A stretch of 64,000 nucleotides of DNA from a bacterium (GCA_965200245.1 CBDATS010000004.1:384001-448000), one strand, 5' to 3'; shown: positions 9,377 through 20,778, numbered from the stretch's first letter. Notes: generated from the letters alone by a model not told the origin. Numbers and translations: made by a program.

Positions 9377-10638
9377 GAGATGAACTCCCTCGGGTCCGCC
9401 ACGCGGCCCTTGATGGCGCTCGCCGCCACCGTGGCGGCAGAAGCGAGGTATATCGACGCCTCGGCGCTTCCCATGCGTCCCTTGTAGTTGCGGTTGGCCG
9501 AGGAGATGCACACCTCCCCGTCTCCGAGTTGTCCGGCTCCCCTGCCCGCGCAGACGCCGCACGTGGTGGGCAGGAGAACGCCGCCCGCGTCGATGATCGC
9601 GCCGAGCGTGCCGTCGGCCATGGCCTTGCGCATGATATCCTTGCTCGCAGGTGCAATGAGCAGTTGCACCCCGTGGGCAACCCGCCTGCCTTCGAGTACC
9701 TCTGCCGCCGCCTGCAAATCGAGGAATTTCGCCCCCGTGCACGATCCGATGTGCGCGCGATGAAGAGGAGGCGATTCGACCTCTTCGACCGGGTATACGT
9801 TGTCCATCCTGTGGGGACACGCCACCTGGGGCGAGAGGTCCGACACGTCATATTCATACGATGCAGAATACGCGGCGTCAGAGTCTGAGCGCACGGCCTC
9901 CCAGCTTTCCTCCACCCCTGCGTTCCTGAGGTATTCCGCCGTCGCCTCATCCACATCCATGATGGCACTTTTGGCGCTGAACTCAGCCGCCATGTTCGAA
10001 AGCGTCATGCGGTCCTCGACGGGAAGCGACATGAGCGCCTCGCCCGAGAATTCGAGCACCTTGTACTCCGCGCCGTCGACCCTCAAATCCCTGAGCGCGA
10101 GCAGCGCCATGTCCTTGCCATAAACGCCTTCCGGAACCCGGCCGGTGTAGTGGACCCGAATCGTCTCGGGCACGCGGAGCCAGACCTCCCCCCTGGCGAG
10201 TACGCCGATGCTCTCCGTAGGGCCGATGGCCACGCCCAGCGCACCGAGCGCACCCGTGTTGGTGGTGTGGCTGTCGGTACCTGTGACGAGAACACCCGGA
10301 CGCACGAAGCCTTTCTCCGCCATCAGGATGTGGCAGATGCCCTCCGCGTCGTAGAAATGGGAGAGTTCCTGTTCGGCCGCCCAGGCTCTGGTGACGTTCA
10401 GCACCTTCGACTGCGAATCGCCTGTGGGCGGATTGTGATGATCAGCCGTGAGCATGAAGCGATCCTTGTTCCAGATGGGAAGGCCCAGTTCGGCGAAATC
10501 CTTCCCCATGCGGAACGGTCCCTGATTGTCGTGCATGACGTGAGCATCGACCTTCGCCCATACGATATCACCCACGTCCACGCGCTCACGCCCGCTGGCG
10601 CGGGCCAGGATTTTCTGCGTAGCGGTATCCCCGGACAA
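9373..10638 (-). CDS. leuC: 3-isopropylmalate dehydratase/homoaconitase-like large subunit
   Basis: DSHT, MTLSNMAAE, IGSCT and CGVC Fe-S ligands, NRNYKGRMG. Substrate uncertain. Confidence 0.85.
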   Translation of the reverse strand: MSGDTATQKILARASGRERVDVGDIVWAKVDAHVMHDNQGPFRMGKDFAELGLPIWNKDRFMLTADHHNPPTGDSQSKVLNVTRAWAAEQELSHFYDAEGICHILMAEKGFVRPGVLVTGTDSHTTNTGALGALGVAIGPTESIGVLARGEVWLRVPETIRVHYTGRVPEGVYGKDMALLALRDLRVDGAEYKVLEFSGEALMSLPVEDRMTLSNMAAEFSAKSAIMDVDEATAEYLRNAGVEESWEAVRSDSDAAYSASYEYDVSDLSPQVACPHRMDNVYPVEEVESPPLHRAHIGSCTGAKFLDLQAAAEVLEGRRVAHGVQLLIAPASKDIMRKAMADGTLGAIIDAGGVLLPTTCGVCAGRGAGQLGDGEVCISSANRNYKGRMGSAEASIYLASAATVAASAIKGRVADPREFIS

Positions 10639-10743
10639 GATGTTCTCCTTCGATATGAGGGGGTGCGCAAATACAAGAGTCCTGTATACTCATCTTGTCG
10701 CACACTATTGAACGCAAAGCAAGACTTCGGACCCGGAGACGAA

Positions 10744-11349
10744 ATGGCCAGGGACAGGGAAATCGACCGCAAGGCGTTCTTCAAGGAAGGGCCTCTCTCC
10801 TTCATCCGTGCCTTCATGCAGGGGGTGCATCATGGGGAGACGAGAATCCAGCGTTCGGACCTCGACGGCCCTCTCCTGCGCCCACCGGGCGCAGCGGTGG
10901 AAGTCGATTTTCTCGACCGCTGCACGGGCAGCGCGCAATGCGCGCTCGCGTGTCCGGCCGACGCCATACTGATGCTCCCGCGCGAGGACGGATCGGGCCT
11001 CGAAGCGCCCCGCATCATCCCGGCCGATGGAGCATGTGTGGTCTGCGACGACCTCTCCTGCATGAAGGTCTGCCCCACCGACGCGCTCCTCCTCGTACCC
11101 CGCGAGGAGATTCGAATGGGCTTGGCGCAGGTGAACGCGGAGACCTGCCTCGCCTGGAACGGGATGGACGAGGAGTGCAACTACTGTGCGACGCGCTGTC
11201 CCATCGGGGAGAGCGCCATACGCATTGAGGAAAAAGAGGACGCGAAAGGTCCCGTCATCGGCGAGGCCTGCGTGGGCTGCGGAACCTGCGAGTTTCACTG
11301 CCCCGAATACCCGGGCGCCGTGCGCGTGTTCCCCATCGAATCTTCCTGA
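10744..11349 (+). CDS. NapG/MauM/NapF-like polyferredoxin
   Basis: LLRPPGA motif and four Cys clusters (CTGSAQCALACP, CVVC..CMKVCP, CNYCATRCP, CVGCGTCEFHCP). Confidence 0.8.
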   Translation: MARDREIDRKAFFKEGPLSFIRAFMQGVHHGETRIQRSDLDGPLLRPPGAAVEVDFLDRCTGSAQCALACPADAILMLPREDGSGLEAPRIIPADGACVVCDDLSCMKVCPTDALLLVPREEIRMGLAQVNAETCLAWNGMDEECNYCATRCPIGESAIRIEEKEDAKGPVIGEACVGCGTCEFHCPEYPGAVRVFPIESS

Positions 11350-11414
11350 AGTGCAATCATCCGGGAACACCGACTTTCCGCCTCGCATAGGGAACCCGGC
11401 TCACGTAGTGTGAA

Positions 11415-11915
11415 TCAGGAAAATTCCTCTTTCAGGATTTCGTGAATGAACCGCTGGACGGCCAGGGGGTAGAAGCGGATGTCCGGCGTGCGGACGACGG
11501 CGGTGTCGGTGGTTTCCAGACGCGCGAGTTCGTTCAGCACCTTTTCCACCAGAACCTCCGGGCTCCATTCATGGTGGGTGATTTTCAGGTACTCGTTCTC
11601 GATGTTGAAATCACCCGCACCAACATCGGGAAAGGCGAACACGCGGCCGATGAGGTCGGAATCCATCATTTCGGAATCCTTGAAAATCTCGCCGAACGTC
11701 TTTTGTGCCTGGGCGGGCGTCCACACAAGCTTGGGAGACACCAGTAGTTTCCCGGCTATCTGCACAGAACCCTGCTCCTCTCGCATCTCGGGGCCGAGCA
11801 CCCGGTAGCCGAGTTCATGGTAGCCCGAGACGATGCCCAAGAAAGGCCGCTGGATGATGCGAATCTCCTCGCTCACTTGCCTGTGAAAATCGCGCTGCAT
11901 GTCATCGTCGAACAT
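11415..11915 (-). CDS. Hypothetical protein
   Basis: 166-aa ORF with SD GGAGA and protein-like composition; downstream of hemY. Confidence 0.6.
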   Translation of the reverse strand: MFDDDMQRDFHRQVSEEIRIIQRPFLGIVSGYHELGYRVLGPEMREEQGSVQIAGKLLVSPKLVWTPAQAQKTFGEIFKDSEMMDSDLIGRVFAFPDVGAGDFNIENEYLKITHHEWSPEVLVEKVLNELARLETTDTAVVRTPDIRFYPLAVQRFIHEILKEEFS

Positions 11916-12024
11916 CGAAACGTCTCCGTCGGGTCTGAAAATCAGAACAGAAAACACAGGCAGATGTTGATACCAAATGCTGCAGCACCCGGTCAAACGA
12001 TGCGGGACCGCGGGCGAGCCTCCC

Positions 12025-13479
12025 CTATTCTCGTCTCTTCTTTCCGGAATCAACAGCCCGCAAATAGTCTGAAATCTTGTCCGCCGCCTCGTTCGCCGAT
12101 TTCACGCAATCGGGAATCCCCACGCCGCGATAGGCGTTTCCCGCGAGCGCAAGACCCGGTGTTCCCTCTAATTCACCTTCGATTCTTCCTATCTTGTCCA
12201 GATGGCCCACCAGATAATGCGGCAGGGATTCCTCATAGCGATAAAATGCTTTTCTCTCTGGTTCTCCAGAAATCCCCAGAATGGGCCGGAGTTCCTCCAC
12301 AAGTCTCCGGGTGAGTTCCTCACCCGAGAGTCCCGCCCTGGAGGCGGCTTCTCCACCCGCGAATGCACGGATGAGCACTTTTCCCGCGGGAACCCTGCCC
12401 GCGAACTTGGTGCTCGAAAAAGAACACGCAAGGAGTGTCTTGTTCTCTATTGCAGGCACGACGAAGCCCATCGCATGGAGCGGGTTCGCCACCTGTTCGG
12501 CGCGGTACACCAGATTGAGCGTCGCCAAAGAGCCGCTGGGTATGCTCATGAGTTCTTTCGAGACAGCGGGCGATGCTCTCTTGAGCACTCTCCCCGCAAC
12601 ACGGGGTGGCAGGGTGACGCATACCGCGTCAGCTTCCATCCTTTCCCCGTCTTCCAGAAAAACGCGCCAGCCTTGTTCCTTTCTTTCGAGCGATTCGGCC
12701 CGGCAACCCAGCCGAACCGATACACCATCCATCTTCTCCACCAATGCGTCCGCCAGCACACCCATCCCGCGTGCGAAACTCACAAACAGGCCATACCTTG
12801 GTCCGCTCGCAGACACACCTTCGTCCGCACCTCTCCTTTGCATCCGCTTTCTGAGTCCCAGGATAAGACTTCCGTGCTCCCGCTCCATTTCGTGGAACTG
12901 CGGCATGGTGGCCTTCAGGCTTAAACTTTCGGGGTCCGCCGAATAGATGCCCGCCACCATGGGCTGTGCCATTCGTTCAAGCGCCTCGCGCCCGAACCGC
13001 CTGCGCACGAAATCGGCCAGGGATTCATCCGCGTCCTCCCTTCTCCGAGGCAGGAGGATGTCCATCGCCATCCTGATCTTGCCGAACAGACTGAAAACGG
13101 GCGAGGTGAGAAACGGGCCGATTTGATAGGGTGCGAGCAGGTAATATCCCCGGGGCACGGGGAGCAGTGCCTGGTCCCTCAAGACGAAGCTTCGCCGATG
13201 GCACTCGTTCGTTCCGACAAGCCCTTCCCCGATACCCAGTTCCTCGCAGAGTGCGACACCTTCGGGCTTCGTGGTGAGAAAACAATCGGGTCCTTTTTCC
13301 ATCAGCAAGCCGTCCGAGAATTCGGTCTCGATGACGCCTCCGAGCCTGTGTGACGCCTCGATGAGATGGACTTTCAAAGGCGCCTCCTGCGCCTCGGAAA
13401 CCTGGAGGAGCCGGTAACACGCGACAAGCCCCGTCACTCCACCGCCGAGTACGACCACCTGCCGGACGCCGGAATTCAA
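12025..13479 (-). CDS. hemY: Protoporphyrinogen/coproporphyrinogen III oxidase (HemY type)
   Basis: VVVLGGGVTGL FAD motif, EKGPDCF, AGIYSADP, GNAYRGVGIPDCV. Confidence 0.9.
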   Translation of the reverse strand: MNSGVRQVVVLGGGVTGLVACYRLLQVSEAQEAPLKVHLIEASHRLGGVIETEFSDGLLMEKGPDCFLTTKPEGVALCEELGIGEGLVGTNECHRRSFVLRDQALLPVPRGYYLLAPYQIGPFLTSPVFSLFGKIRMAMDILLPRRREDADESLADFVRRRFGREALERMAQPMVAGIYSADPESLSLKATMPQFHEMEREHGSLILGLRKRMQRRGADEGVSASGPRYGLFVSFARGMGVLADALVEKMDGVSVRLGCRAESLERKEQGWRVFLEDGERMEADAVCVTLPPRVAGRVLKRASPAVSKELMSIPSGSLATLNLVYRAEQVANPLHAMGFVVPAIENKTLLACSFSSTKFAGRVPAGKVLIRAFAGGEAASRAGLSGEELTRRLVEELRPILGISGEPERKAFYRYEESLPHYLVGHLDKIGRIEGELEGTPGLALAGNAYRGVGIPDCVKSANEAADKISDYLRAVDSGKKRRE

Positions 13480-14438
13480 TTTCCGACTCCCGTCATCTTC
13501 GTGCGCACCAGTTCGGAAAGCATCTCGATGAAGGCGGGGTGCGTCCCCACCGTAGGAGCGCGGTAGAAACGAAGCCCCGCCGTCTCGGCCACTTCGCGCG
13601 CTTCGATATCGAGATCGAAGAGCACCTCCACGTGATCGCATATGAAACCGATGGGTACGAGCAGGACGGCTTTGGCGCCAGCGGAAGCGACGCTCTCGAT
13701 CACCTCTGTCACGTCCGGGCCAAGCCAAGTTCCGGGGGGAGCGTCCGGACTGCTCTGGAAGCCGGCTTCATAGTTCCCAAGCCCCAGCTTTTGCGCCGCG
13801 AGAGACGCCGATTCCCGGAATTCTTCCTCATACGAAGAAGTCCTGGCCATTGAAACGGGGATGGAATGGGCCGTAAAAATAACTTTCACGTCATCCAGGT
13901 CGTCCTCTTGCAGAAGAGTTCGCCTAATCCGTTCGGCGACGGCACCGATGAAGCCTGGATGTTCATGCCAGGGCGTCTCGAGGAATTCGGCATTGGGTGC
14001 TTCTTCGCCCAATTCCTCACACGCCGTAAGGACAGCCCCTTGGTAGGCCTCCCAACTGATTTTCGTACGATGAGGGGCGAGCACCACGCCCAGGGCGCGC
14101 CTGAGCCCGCGTCTGCCCATCTCGGCCAGCGTCTCTTTCACGTATGGCGTCCAGAAGCGATAGCCCGTGTAGACGGGAACACCCGTACCCGCCCGTTCCA
14201 GCGCCATCTCGAGCGCGCCCGCCTGTTTCTGGGAAAAATACGTGAACGGTGAGACGCCGCCAAAGTATTCATAGTGCGCAGCCACTTTCCGGATGCGCTC
14301 GGGGCCACCCGCTCTTTGACCGACGATGCCCTCCACATAGCAATACGCCTCGCCCGGACATTCATTGTAGCGGCGGCAGCAACCCCGCGTGGGGCCGCCG
14401 AAACCGACCATGATGATGGAATCGAACCCGCCTTTCAT
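13476..14438 (-). CDS. hemH: Ferrochelatase
   Basis: GGVSP, FTAHSIP, WLGPDV, PIGFICDHVEVLFDLDIE. Confidence 0.9.
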   Translation of the reverse strand: MKGGFDSIIMVGFGGPTRGCCRRYNECPGEAYCYVEGIVGQRAGGPERIRKVAAHYEYFGGVSPFTYFSQKQAGALEMALERAGTGVPVYTGYRFWTPYVKETLAEMGRRGLRRALGVVLAPHRTKISWEAYQGAVLTACEELGEEAPNAEFLETPWHEHPGFIGAVAERIRRTLLQEDDLDDVKVIFTAHSIPVSMARTSSYEEEFRESASLAAQKLGLGNYEAGFQSSPDAPPGTWLGPDVTEVIESVASAGAKAVLLVPIGFICDHVEVLFDLDIEAREVAETAGLRFYRAPTVGTHPAFIEMLSELVRTKMTGVGN

Positions 14439-15502
14439 TCTTCTCCACTTTCCCATTCGTGAACGAAATCGATGAGTCTCTTGACGTTGTCGACCGGTGT
14501 GCCCGGTAAAATGCCGTGTCCCAGATTGAAGATGTGTCCCGGAAGCGCGTTCGCCTGGCGCAGGATATCCCCCGTCTGCTTGAAAATGCGCTCGGGCTCC
14601 GCGAACAGGACGCACGGGTCGAGGTTTCCCTGGACGCCCAAATCGCCCAGCCGCGCTCTGGCATCTGCCAGTTCCACGCGGAAATCCACCCCTACCACGT
14701 CGCCGCCCGCTCCAGCGAACGCCTCGAGATAGGGTGCGGTTCCCGTACCGAAGTGGATGACGGGCGCATCCTTTTCAATGCCCGTAATCAGCGCGCGGCT
14801 GTGCGGCAGGACAAACTCCCGGAAATCGCCCGGAGAGAGGCATCCCACCCAACTGTCGAAAATTTGCACCGCCTGCGCGCCTGCATGAACTTGTTCGTTC
14901 AGATAGATGGTCAGCCCCCGCACGAGCTTTTCCATCAGCGCATGCCACGCACCCGAATCTGCGTACATGAACCTTTTGGTGTTCTCGAAATTACGCGAGC
15001 CTGTGCCTTCGATCATATACGACGCGAGCGTGAAAGGCGCACCGCAAAAACCGATGAGCGGAAGCGCGGGATTCATCTGCTGCCTGGTCTTTCGGACCGC
15101 CTCGAACACAAAACCAAGGCTCTCGCGCGGTTCCGCCTCCTTGAGCCGTTCCACGTCCAGGGCCTCGCGAACCGGATTGTGGAGAACGGGGCCGTCGCCA
15201 CTCAGGTATTCCAGATCCATGCCCATCGGCTGGAGAATGAGCAATATGTCGGAGAACAAAATGGCAGCGTCCGCGCCGATGGCATCCAGAGCCGTTATGG
15301 CGACCTCGGCGGCCAGATCGGGCGTGCGGCAAAGCTCGATGAAAGGGATTTTCTCACGAACGGCGCGGTATTCGCGCATGTACCTGCCCGCTTGCCGCAT
15401 AAGCCAGACGGGCGTCTTCCTGTTAGGAAGCCCCCGACATGCGCGCATGAAGGCAGAATCCTCATAACGAGGTGCGTCTTCTTCCCTAGGATGCGCTGGC
15501 AT
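14435..15502 (-). CDS. hemE: Uroporphyrinogen decarboxylase
   Basis: PVWLMRQAGRYM, ILFSDIL, IGFCGAPFTLASY, QGNLDP, NLGHG. Confidence 0.95.
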   Translation of the reverse strand: MPAHPREEDAPRYEDSAFMRACRGLPNRKTPVWLMRQAGRYMREYRAVREKIPFIELCRTPDLAAEVAITALDAIGADAAILFSDILLILQPMGMDLEYLSGDGPVLHNPVREALDVERLKEAEPRESLGFVFEAVRKTRQQMNPALPLIGFCGAPFTLASYMIEGTGSRNFENTKRFMYADSGAWHALMEKLVRGLTIYLNEQVHAGAQAVQIFDSWVGCLSPGDFREFVLPHSRALITGIEKDAPVIHFGTGTAPYLEAFAGAGGDVVGVDFRVELADARARLGDLGVQGNLDPCVLFAEPERIFKQTGDILRQANALPGHIFNLGHGILPGTPVDNVKRLIDFVHEWESGEE

Positions 15503-15699
15503 GAACCCCTCCCGTGAAGCGGTGAGAACCCGCCCTTCCAGACGAGCCTGAGGAAGTCAGTCTAATCCAAAATGCGCGCGCGCGACTATCGGGCGAGCCG
15601 TTCCCGGACGATGCAGGAAAACCTCCGCTCGCTGGACAACACCGATTCAGGTAAGATAAACAAGGATTCTTGATTTCGGGCGACTTGCCCCGACACCCC

Positions 15700-15774
15700 G
15701 GCGCCATAGCCAAGTGGTAAGGCAGAGGACTGCAAATCCTTTATTCCCCGGTTCGAATCCGGGTGGCGCCTCCA
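15700..15774 (+). tRNA. tRNA-Cys (GCA)
   Basis: Acceptor stem GGCGCCA/TGGCGCC, anticodon arm GAGGA-CTGCAAA-TCCTT, T-loop GGTTCGAATCC, encoded CCA end. Confidence 0.95.
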
Positions 15775-15798
15775 ATATCTTCGGAGGAAAACGATACG

Positions 15799-16426
15799 AT
15801 GGAGAATACGACCGCAGCGCCCCGGATTGAAACCAGGGAACAACTTCGCGAGTTCTACGGCCCGGCCAACGAGCGCAGCGTCAGGAAACAGATGGCGAAA
15901 CTCGACGGACACGCGAAGAACTTCATTGCACTCTCTCCGTTCATGGTCATTGCCTCCGCCACGGCGGAAGGCGCGGACGCATCCCCCAAGGGGGACCCGC
16001 CCGGATTCGTCAAGGTGATCGACGACAACACCCTCCTCATCCCCGACAGGCCGGGTAACAACCGCGTGGACACAATGAGCAATATCGTGGAAAACAACCA
16101 TATCGGCCTCATCTTCCTGGTACCCGGCATGTGCGAGACGCTGCGCGTGAACGGGCGCGCGCGCATCACGACGGACCCCTGAAACCCTCGAGCCACTCTC
16201 GGTGAAGGGAAGGCTCCCTCGCTCGGCGATGATCGTCGATGTGGACGACGTGTACCTCCACTGCGGCAAGGCTCTCATCCGCGCAGATATGTGGAACCCG
16301 GAAAACCACATCGAGAGAAAGTCGTTCCCCTCGATGGGCCATATGCTCGCCGACCAGATTGGCGGTTACGAACCGGTGGAACTCGACAGGAATGTTCAGG
16401 AGGGATACCAGACGAACCTCTACTAG
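15799..16426 (+). pseudogene. Pyridoxamine 5'-phosphate oxidase-like (split beta-barrel) flavoprotein, frameshifted
   Basis: DASPKGDPPGFV...IPDRPGNNR...ETLRVNGRA continues as ...VYLHCGKALIRA in another frame. Removing one C from CCCC (16176-16179) restores TDPETLEPLSVKG. Confidence 0.8.
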
Positions 16427-16454
16427 ACGCGAACGGGACGGACGCGAAGTCCTG

Positions 16455-18371
16455 CTAATGCGTTTCTCTTAGATAAACGACCGCTAGCGGGGGCAGCGTG
16501 ATCCCTATCGAATATGGTTGCTCGTTCAGGGGCCCCGCCACCGCGTGACAGCCGCCCGGATTGCCCATGCCTCTGCCTCCGTAGATTTCCGCATCACTGT
16601 TCAGCACCTCGACCCACTCGCCGTCGGCGGGAACACCCATGCGATAATCCGTTCTGGACACGGGCGTCAGGTTCGCCGCCACGAGCAGCATGGGTTCATC
16701 CTCCGTGGCAACCCGCACGAATCCCACCACGCTGTCATCGGCCGCGTCCACCGCCACCCACATGAAGCCGCTCGGATCGTAATCCCTGCGGAACAGGGCC
16801 CGCTCGTGGTGGTACAAGGCGTTCAGGTCGCGTACCCATTTCATCAGTCCGGCTCGTAAAGGCTCCTGGGTGAGATCCCAGTCGAGTGCGCCGTCGTGGT
16901 TCCATTCGCGCCACTGACCAAATTCCCCGCCCATGAACAGGAGCTTCTTGCCGGGTTGGGCGAACATCAGTCCGTAAAGCGCACGCAGATTCGAGAATTT
17001 GCGATGGTTGTTTCCCGGCATCTTGCCCAGCAGGGAGTTTTTGCCGTGCACCACCTCGTCGTGAGACAGGGGCAGCACGAAATTCTCGTTATATGCGTAG
17101 AGCATCCGGAACGTGAGCAGGTTGTGGTGATACTTGCGGTGCACGGGGTCTTTCTTCATGTACGCGAGCGAATCGTGCATCCAGCCCATGTCCCACTTCA
17201 TGCCGAAGCCCAGCCCTCCCGCATCGACGGGTCTGGAAACCATCGGCCAGGCGGTGGATTCTTCCGCAATGGTCTGCACGTCGGGGAACCGGCGGTAGAC
17301 TTCCGTGTTCAGGCGGCGAAGGAAAGAGATAGCATCCAGATTCTCGCGGCCACCCTCCGCGTTGGGGATCCACTCGCCCTCTTTCCTTGAATAATCGAGA
17401 TAGAGCATCGATGCCACACCGTCGACGCGAAGCCCGTCGGCGTGGAAATGCTCAAGCCAATACAGAGCGCTGCTTATCAGGAAGGCCGTGACTTCGTTCC
17501 GCCCGTAGTTGAAGATATTGCTAAGCCAGTCGGGGTGAACCCCCCGCCTGGGGTCGGCGTGCTCGTAGAGATGGGTTCCGTCGAAAAAACCCAGTCCATG
17601 CCCGTCCGTGGTGAAGTGCGAGGGTACCCAGTCGAGTATGACGCCCAGGCCGCGCTGGTGGAGATAGTCGATGAGATACATCAGGTCCTGAGGCGTCCCG
17701 AAACGGCTCGTGGGTGAGAAATAGCCCGTGATCTGATACCCCCAAGAACCGTTGAAAGGGTGTTCCATCACCGGCAGGAACTCGACGTGTGTGAAACCCG
17801 TGTGGAGCATGTGCTCTGTGAGCTGGGGGGCGAGTTCCCTGTAGGTGAGGGGGCGATTTTCTCGACCTCCCGTGCGCCGCCACGAACCGATGTGCATCTC
17901 GTAGATGGAAATGGGCGCTTCGCGGCCATTGCACGCGCCACGGCACTCCATCCAGTCATCATCCCCCCATTCGTAGTCGAGACCCCATACGACCGAGCCG
18001 CTCTTCGGCGGAACTTCGCTGTAAAACGCGAAAGGATCCGCCTTTTCCAGCCGGTAGCCACCGAACTGCGAGTGAATCCTGTACTTGTATACCTCGCCCG
18101 TCTTCACGCCCGGAATAAACCCCGCCCAAATGCCCGAGCTTTCGATCGACGCCAGCGGGTGGGAGTTTTCGTCCCAGCCGTTGAAATCCCCGATGACGCT
18201 CACCGAATCCGCGTTCGGTGCCCATACGGCGAAGTGAACGCCCTGCTCCCCTTCGAGCGTCATGGGATGCGCTCCCATTTTTTCATACAAGGTAAAATGG
18301 GAACCCTGGTTAAACAGATAAATATCGTAATCAGTAATATAGGAAAGCACAGGGTAGTGGACGACGCTCAC
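16455..18371 (-). CDS. glgB: 1,4-alpha-glucan branching enzyme
   Basis: [48 protein letters not shown]. Confidence 0.95.
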   Translation of the reverse strand: MSVVHYPVLSYITDYDIYLFNQGSHFTLYEKMGAHPMTLEGEQGVHFAVWAPNADSVSVIGDFNGWDENSHPLASIESSGIWAGFIPGVKTGEVYKYRIHSQFGGYRLEKADPFAFYSEVPPKSGSVVWGLDYEWGDDDWMECRGACNGREAPISIYEMHIGSWRRTGGRENRPLTYRELAPQLTEHMLHTGFTHVEFLPVMEHPFNGSWGYQITGYFSPTSRFGTPQDLMYLIDYLHQRGLGVILDWVPSHFTTDGHGLGFFDGTHLYEHADPRRGVHPDWLSNIFNYGRNEVTAFLISSALYWLEHFHADGLRVDGVASMLYLDYSRKEGEWIPNAEGGRENLDAISFLRRLNTEVYRRFPDVQTIAEESTAWPMVSRPVDAGGLGFGMKWDMGWMHDSLAYMKKDPVHRKYHHNLLTFRMLYAYNENFVLPLSHDEVVHGKNSLLGKMPGNNHRKFSNLRALYGLMFAQPGKKLLFMGGEFGQWREWNHDGALDWDLTQEPLRAGLMKWVRDLNALYHHERALFRRDYDPSGFMWVAVDAADDSVVGFVRVATEDEPMLLVAANLTPVSRTDYRMGVPADGEWVEVLNSDAEIYGGRGMGNPGGCHAVAGPLNEQPYSIGITLPPLAVVYLRETH

Positions 18372-20506
18372 GGGGCCACCTCCTCCTGCACCAGAGGCGG
18401 TTCGTTGCGGCCTCTCAGCAAGGCCAGTGACTCTCCAGCGAGAAGGTAGGAATTGCCTGAGTGAATCCGCCAGGTCCATCCTTTTTCATCGAATTCGGAC
18501 GTATCCATCACCACTGTCCATCTCTTGTTTCTGTCTTCTGTAAGGAAAACGAAGGGAATCGCCTCATGGTGCGCGTTCATCAGCACCATGAAAATATCAC
18601 GATTCCTGCCCCCATGCCGAGAAAAAAGACCGCCGCCCGCCGCCTCCCTCAGCCTGAAGCCGAAACACTTCATATAATGCACTTCCCACTCTTCCGCCCT
18701 CAGTTCATGGCCCAGGTGATGGAGCCAGATGACCCCGGGTCTATCCGACCCGTGCAGGCTTTTTTTCGGGAAAATCTCCATCCGTCGAAACGCCGTTTTA
18801 GACCCGGTCCAGCGGATCAGGTGTTTGACGAAAGAGAGCAGTTCTCCGTTCTTTTCCGCCAATCCCCAGTCTACCCAGGAAGTCCCGTTGTCCTGGCAAT
18901 AGGCGTTGTTGTTCCCCGACTGCGTGCGTCCGAACTCGTCTCCCGCCTGGAGCATCGGCACGCCCTGGGAGAGAAACAGGCTCGCGAGCAGATTGCGTTT
19001 GCGCCGCGCGCGCATGTCCGAAACGAACGGGTCTTCGGTCGGACCCTCCACCCCGCCGTTCCAGCTGTAGTTCTCATCCGCGCCGTCCCTGTTGCCTTCC
19101 CCGTTCGCCTCGTTGTGCTTGTGCTGAAAGCTCACCAGATCCTCGAGCGTGAACCCGTCGTGGCAAGCGACGTAGTTCAGACTCGCCTGGGGTGAACGCC
19201 CGCCGGCCTCGAAAATATCGCTGCTTCCCGTCAGGCGCGTGGCGAACTCCGCCGCCTGACTGAAATCCGCGCGCCAGAACCTGCGCACCGCGTCGCGGAA
19301 CTTCCCGTTCCACTCTGCCCAGCCTTTCGGGAATTTCCCGAGTTGATAGCCTTCTCCCCCCAAATCCCAGGGTTCGGCGATGAGCTTGCGCTTCGAGAGA
19401 ACCGGGTCGTCCGCGATGGCCCCGAAAAAAGGGGATTCCGGGTCGAAATGTCTCTCGGTGCGCGCGAGGGAGGGTGCGAGATCGAACCGGAAACCGTCAA
19501 CGTGAAATTCCTCCACCCAATAACGCATGCTGTCCACGATGAGACGCAGGAGCGCTGGATGAGAGACATTCAACGAATTGCCGCAGCCCGTTGTGTCGAG
19601 GTAGCGGCTCTCGTCCCCGGGATCAACGCGGTAATATGCCCGGTTGTCGAGCCCGCGAAACGCAAGATGCGGCCCTTTGAAATCTCCCTCGCCGGTATGG
19701 TTGTAGACCACGTCGAGAATCACCTCGATACCCGCGCGATGATAGGTCTTCACCATCTCCTTGAACTCATCGACCTGCCCGCCCCCCTCCTCCCGGCTGG
19801 AAAAACGCGCGTCGGGCGCGAAATAGCCTATCGTCCCGTATCCCCAATAGTTGGAAAGATCCATCCTTTGTAGACGCTGTTCGGATATCCGGTGTTGAAC
19901 GGGTAGCAGTTCGATGGCCGTCACGCCCAGTTCCCTGATGTAGTCGACCACGGACGGATGGGCCAGACCCGCGTAGGAACCCCTTATCTCCTCAGGCACT
20001 TCGGGATGCCGCGTGGTGAAACCCTTGACGTGCAACTCGTAGACGATGGTCTCGGCCCAGAATGTATCGGGCCGGGGGACACCCTCCCAATCGAAGGAAG
20101 AATCCACGAGCACGCTCCTGGGCGTAGCGTGTGCGTTGTCCCTCGCGTCGAAATGGTAGATGTCGCCGGCCGCGTATCCGTATATCTCTTCGCACCAGTG
20201 GACATCGCCCGCAATCGCCTTCGCATACGGGTCCAGCAGCACCTTGTGGGGATTGAAGCGATGCCCCTGCGCAGGTGCATAGGGGCCGTGGACGCGGAAC
20301 CCGTAGGGACGGCCCGCTTCGAGACCTCCCACCTCCACGCGCCAGATGTCACCCTGCCGCTCAAGGGGAATCCGCTGCGTTTCCATCCGGTGGTCATCCG
20401 CCTCGAACAGGCATAGCTCTACCCACTCCGCGTTCTCGGAGAAAAGGGAAAAGCGCACGCCTCCTGTCGTCCATTCGGCGCCCAAGTGCCCCTGTAGCTG
20501 ATTCAT
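18368..20506 (-). CDS. glgX: Glycogen debranching enzyme
   Basis: [45 protein letters not shown]. Confidence 0.95.
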   Translation of the reverse strand: MNQLQGHLGAEWTTGGVRFSLFSENAEWVELCLFEADDHRMETQRIPLERQGDIWRVEVGGLEAGRPYGFRVHGPYAPAQGHRFNPHKVLLDPYAKAIAGDVHWCEEIYGYAAGDIYHFDARDNAHATPRSVLVDSSFDWEGVPRPDTFWAETIVYELHVKGFTTRHPEVPEEIRGSYAGLAHPSVVDYIRELGVTAIELLPVQHRISEQRLQRMDLSNYWGYGTIGYFAPDARFSSREEGGGQVDEFKEMVKTYHRAGIEVILDVVYNHTGEGDFKGPHLAFRGLDNRAYYRVDPGDESRYLDTTGCGNSLNVSHPALLRLIVDSMRYWVEEFHVDGFRFDLAPSLARTERHFDPESPFFGAIADDPVLSKRKLIAEPWDLGGEGYQLGKFPKGWAEWNGKFRDAVRRFWRADFSQAAEFATRLTGSSDIFEAGGRSPQASLNYVACHDGFTLEDLVSFQHKHNEANGEGNRDGADENYSWNGGVEGPTEDPFVSDMRARRKRNLLASLFLSQGVPMLQAGDEFGRTQSGNNNAYCQDNGTSWVDWGLAEKNGELLSFVKHLIRWTGSKTAFRRMEIFPKKSLHGSDRPGVIWLHHLGHELRAEEWEVHYMKCFGFRLREAAGGGLFSRHGGRNRDIFMVLMNAHHEAIPFVFLTEDRNKRWTVVMDTSEFDEKGWTWRIHSGNSYLLAGESLALLRGRNEPPLVQEEVAP

Positions 20507-20778
20507 CTTCCTCCCGCCCGGATAGTGAAACCGTCCCCGACGAACGAAACCGCGGGGCATCACGAACCATACATTCGGCAATGATCTATCATAATACCTG
20601 AACTTTGTTGTGGTTTTGTTACACGATTTTTTGCAAACCGGGTATCAATCCCGCAACGTTTGTTTCAGGACTTCTCGCGCCATCAACTCGGCTTCGCTTT
20701 TTCTACGGACAGCCTGTAGAATTACCGCGACCATCGTCATGTCGAAAACATCGGAACCCACGCCAAGGAGAGAACGCC

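Noticed and set aside
15700-15800. tRNA-Cys as an integration site
   Set aside because: No integrase nearby, and I saw no duplicated tRNA 3' end in the window.
16180-16182. TGA in the PPOX-like gene as a third Sec codon
   Set aside because: Homology continues in a different frame and the position is not a Cys site, so this is a frameshift.
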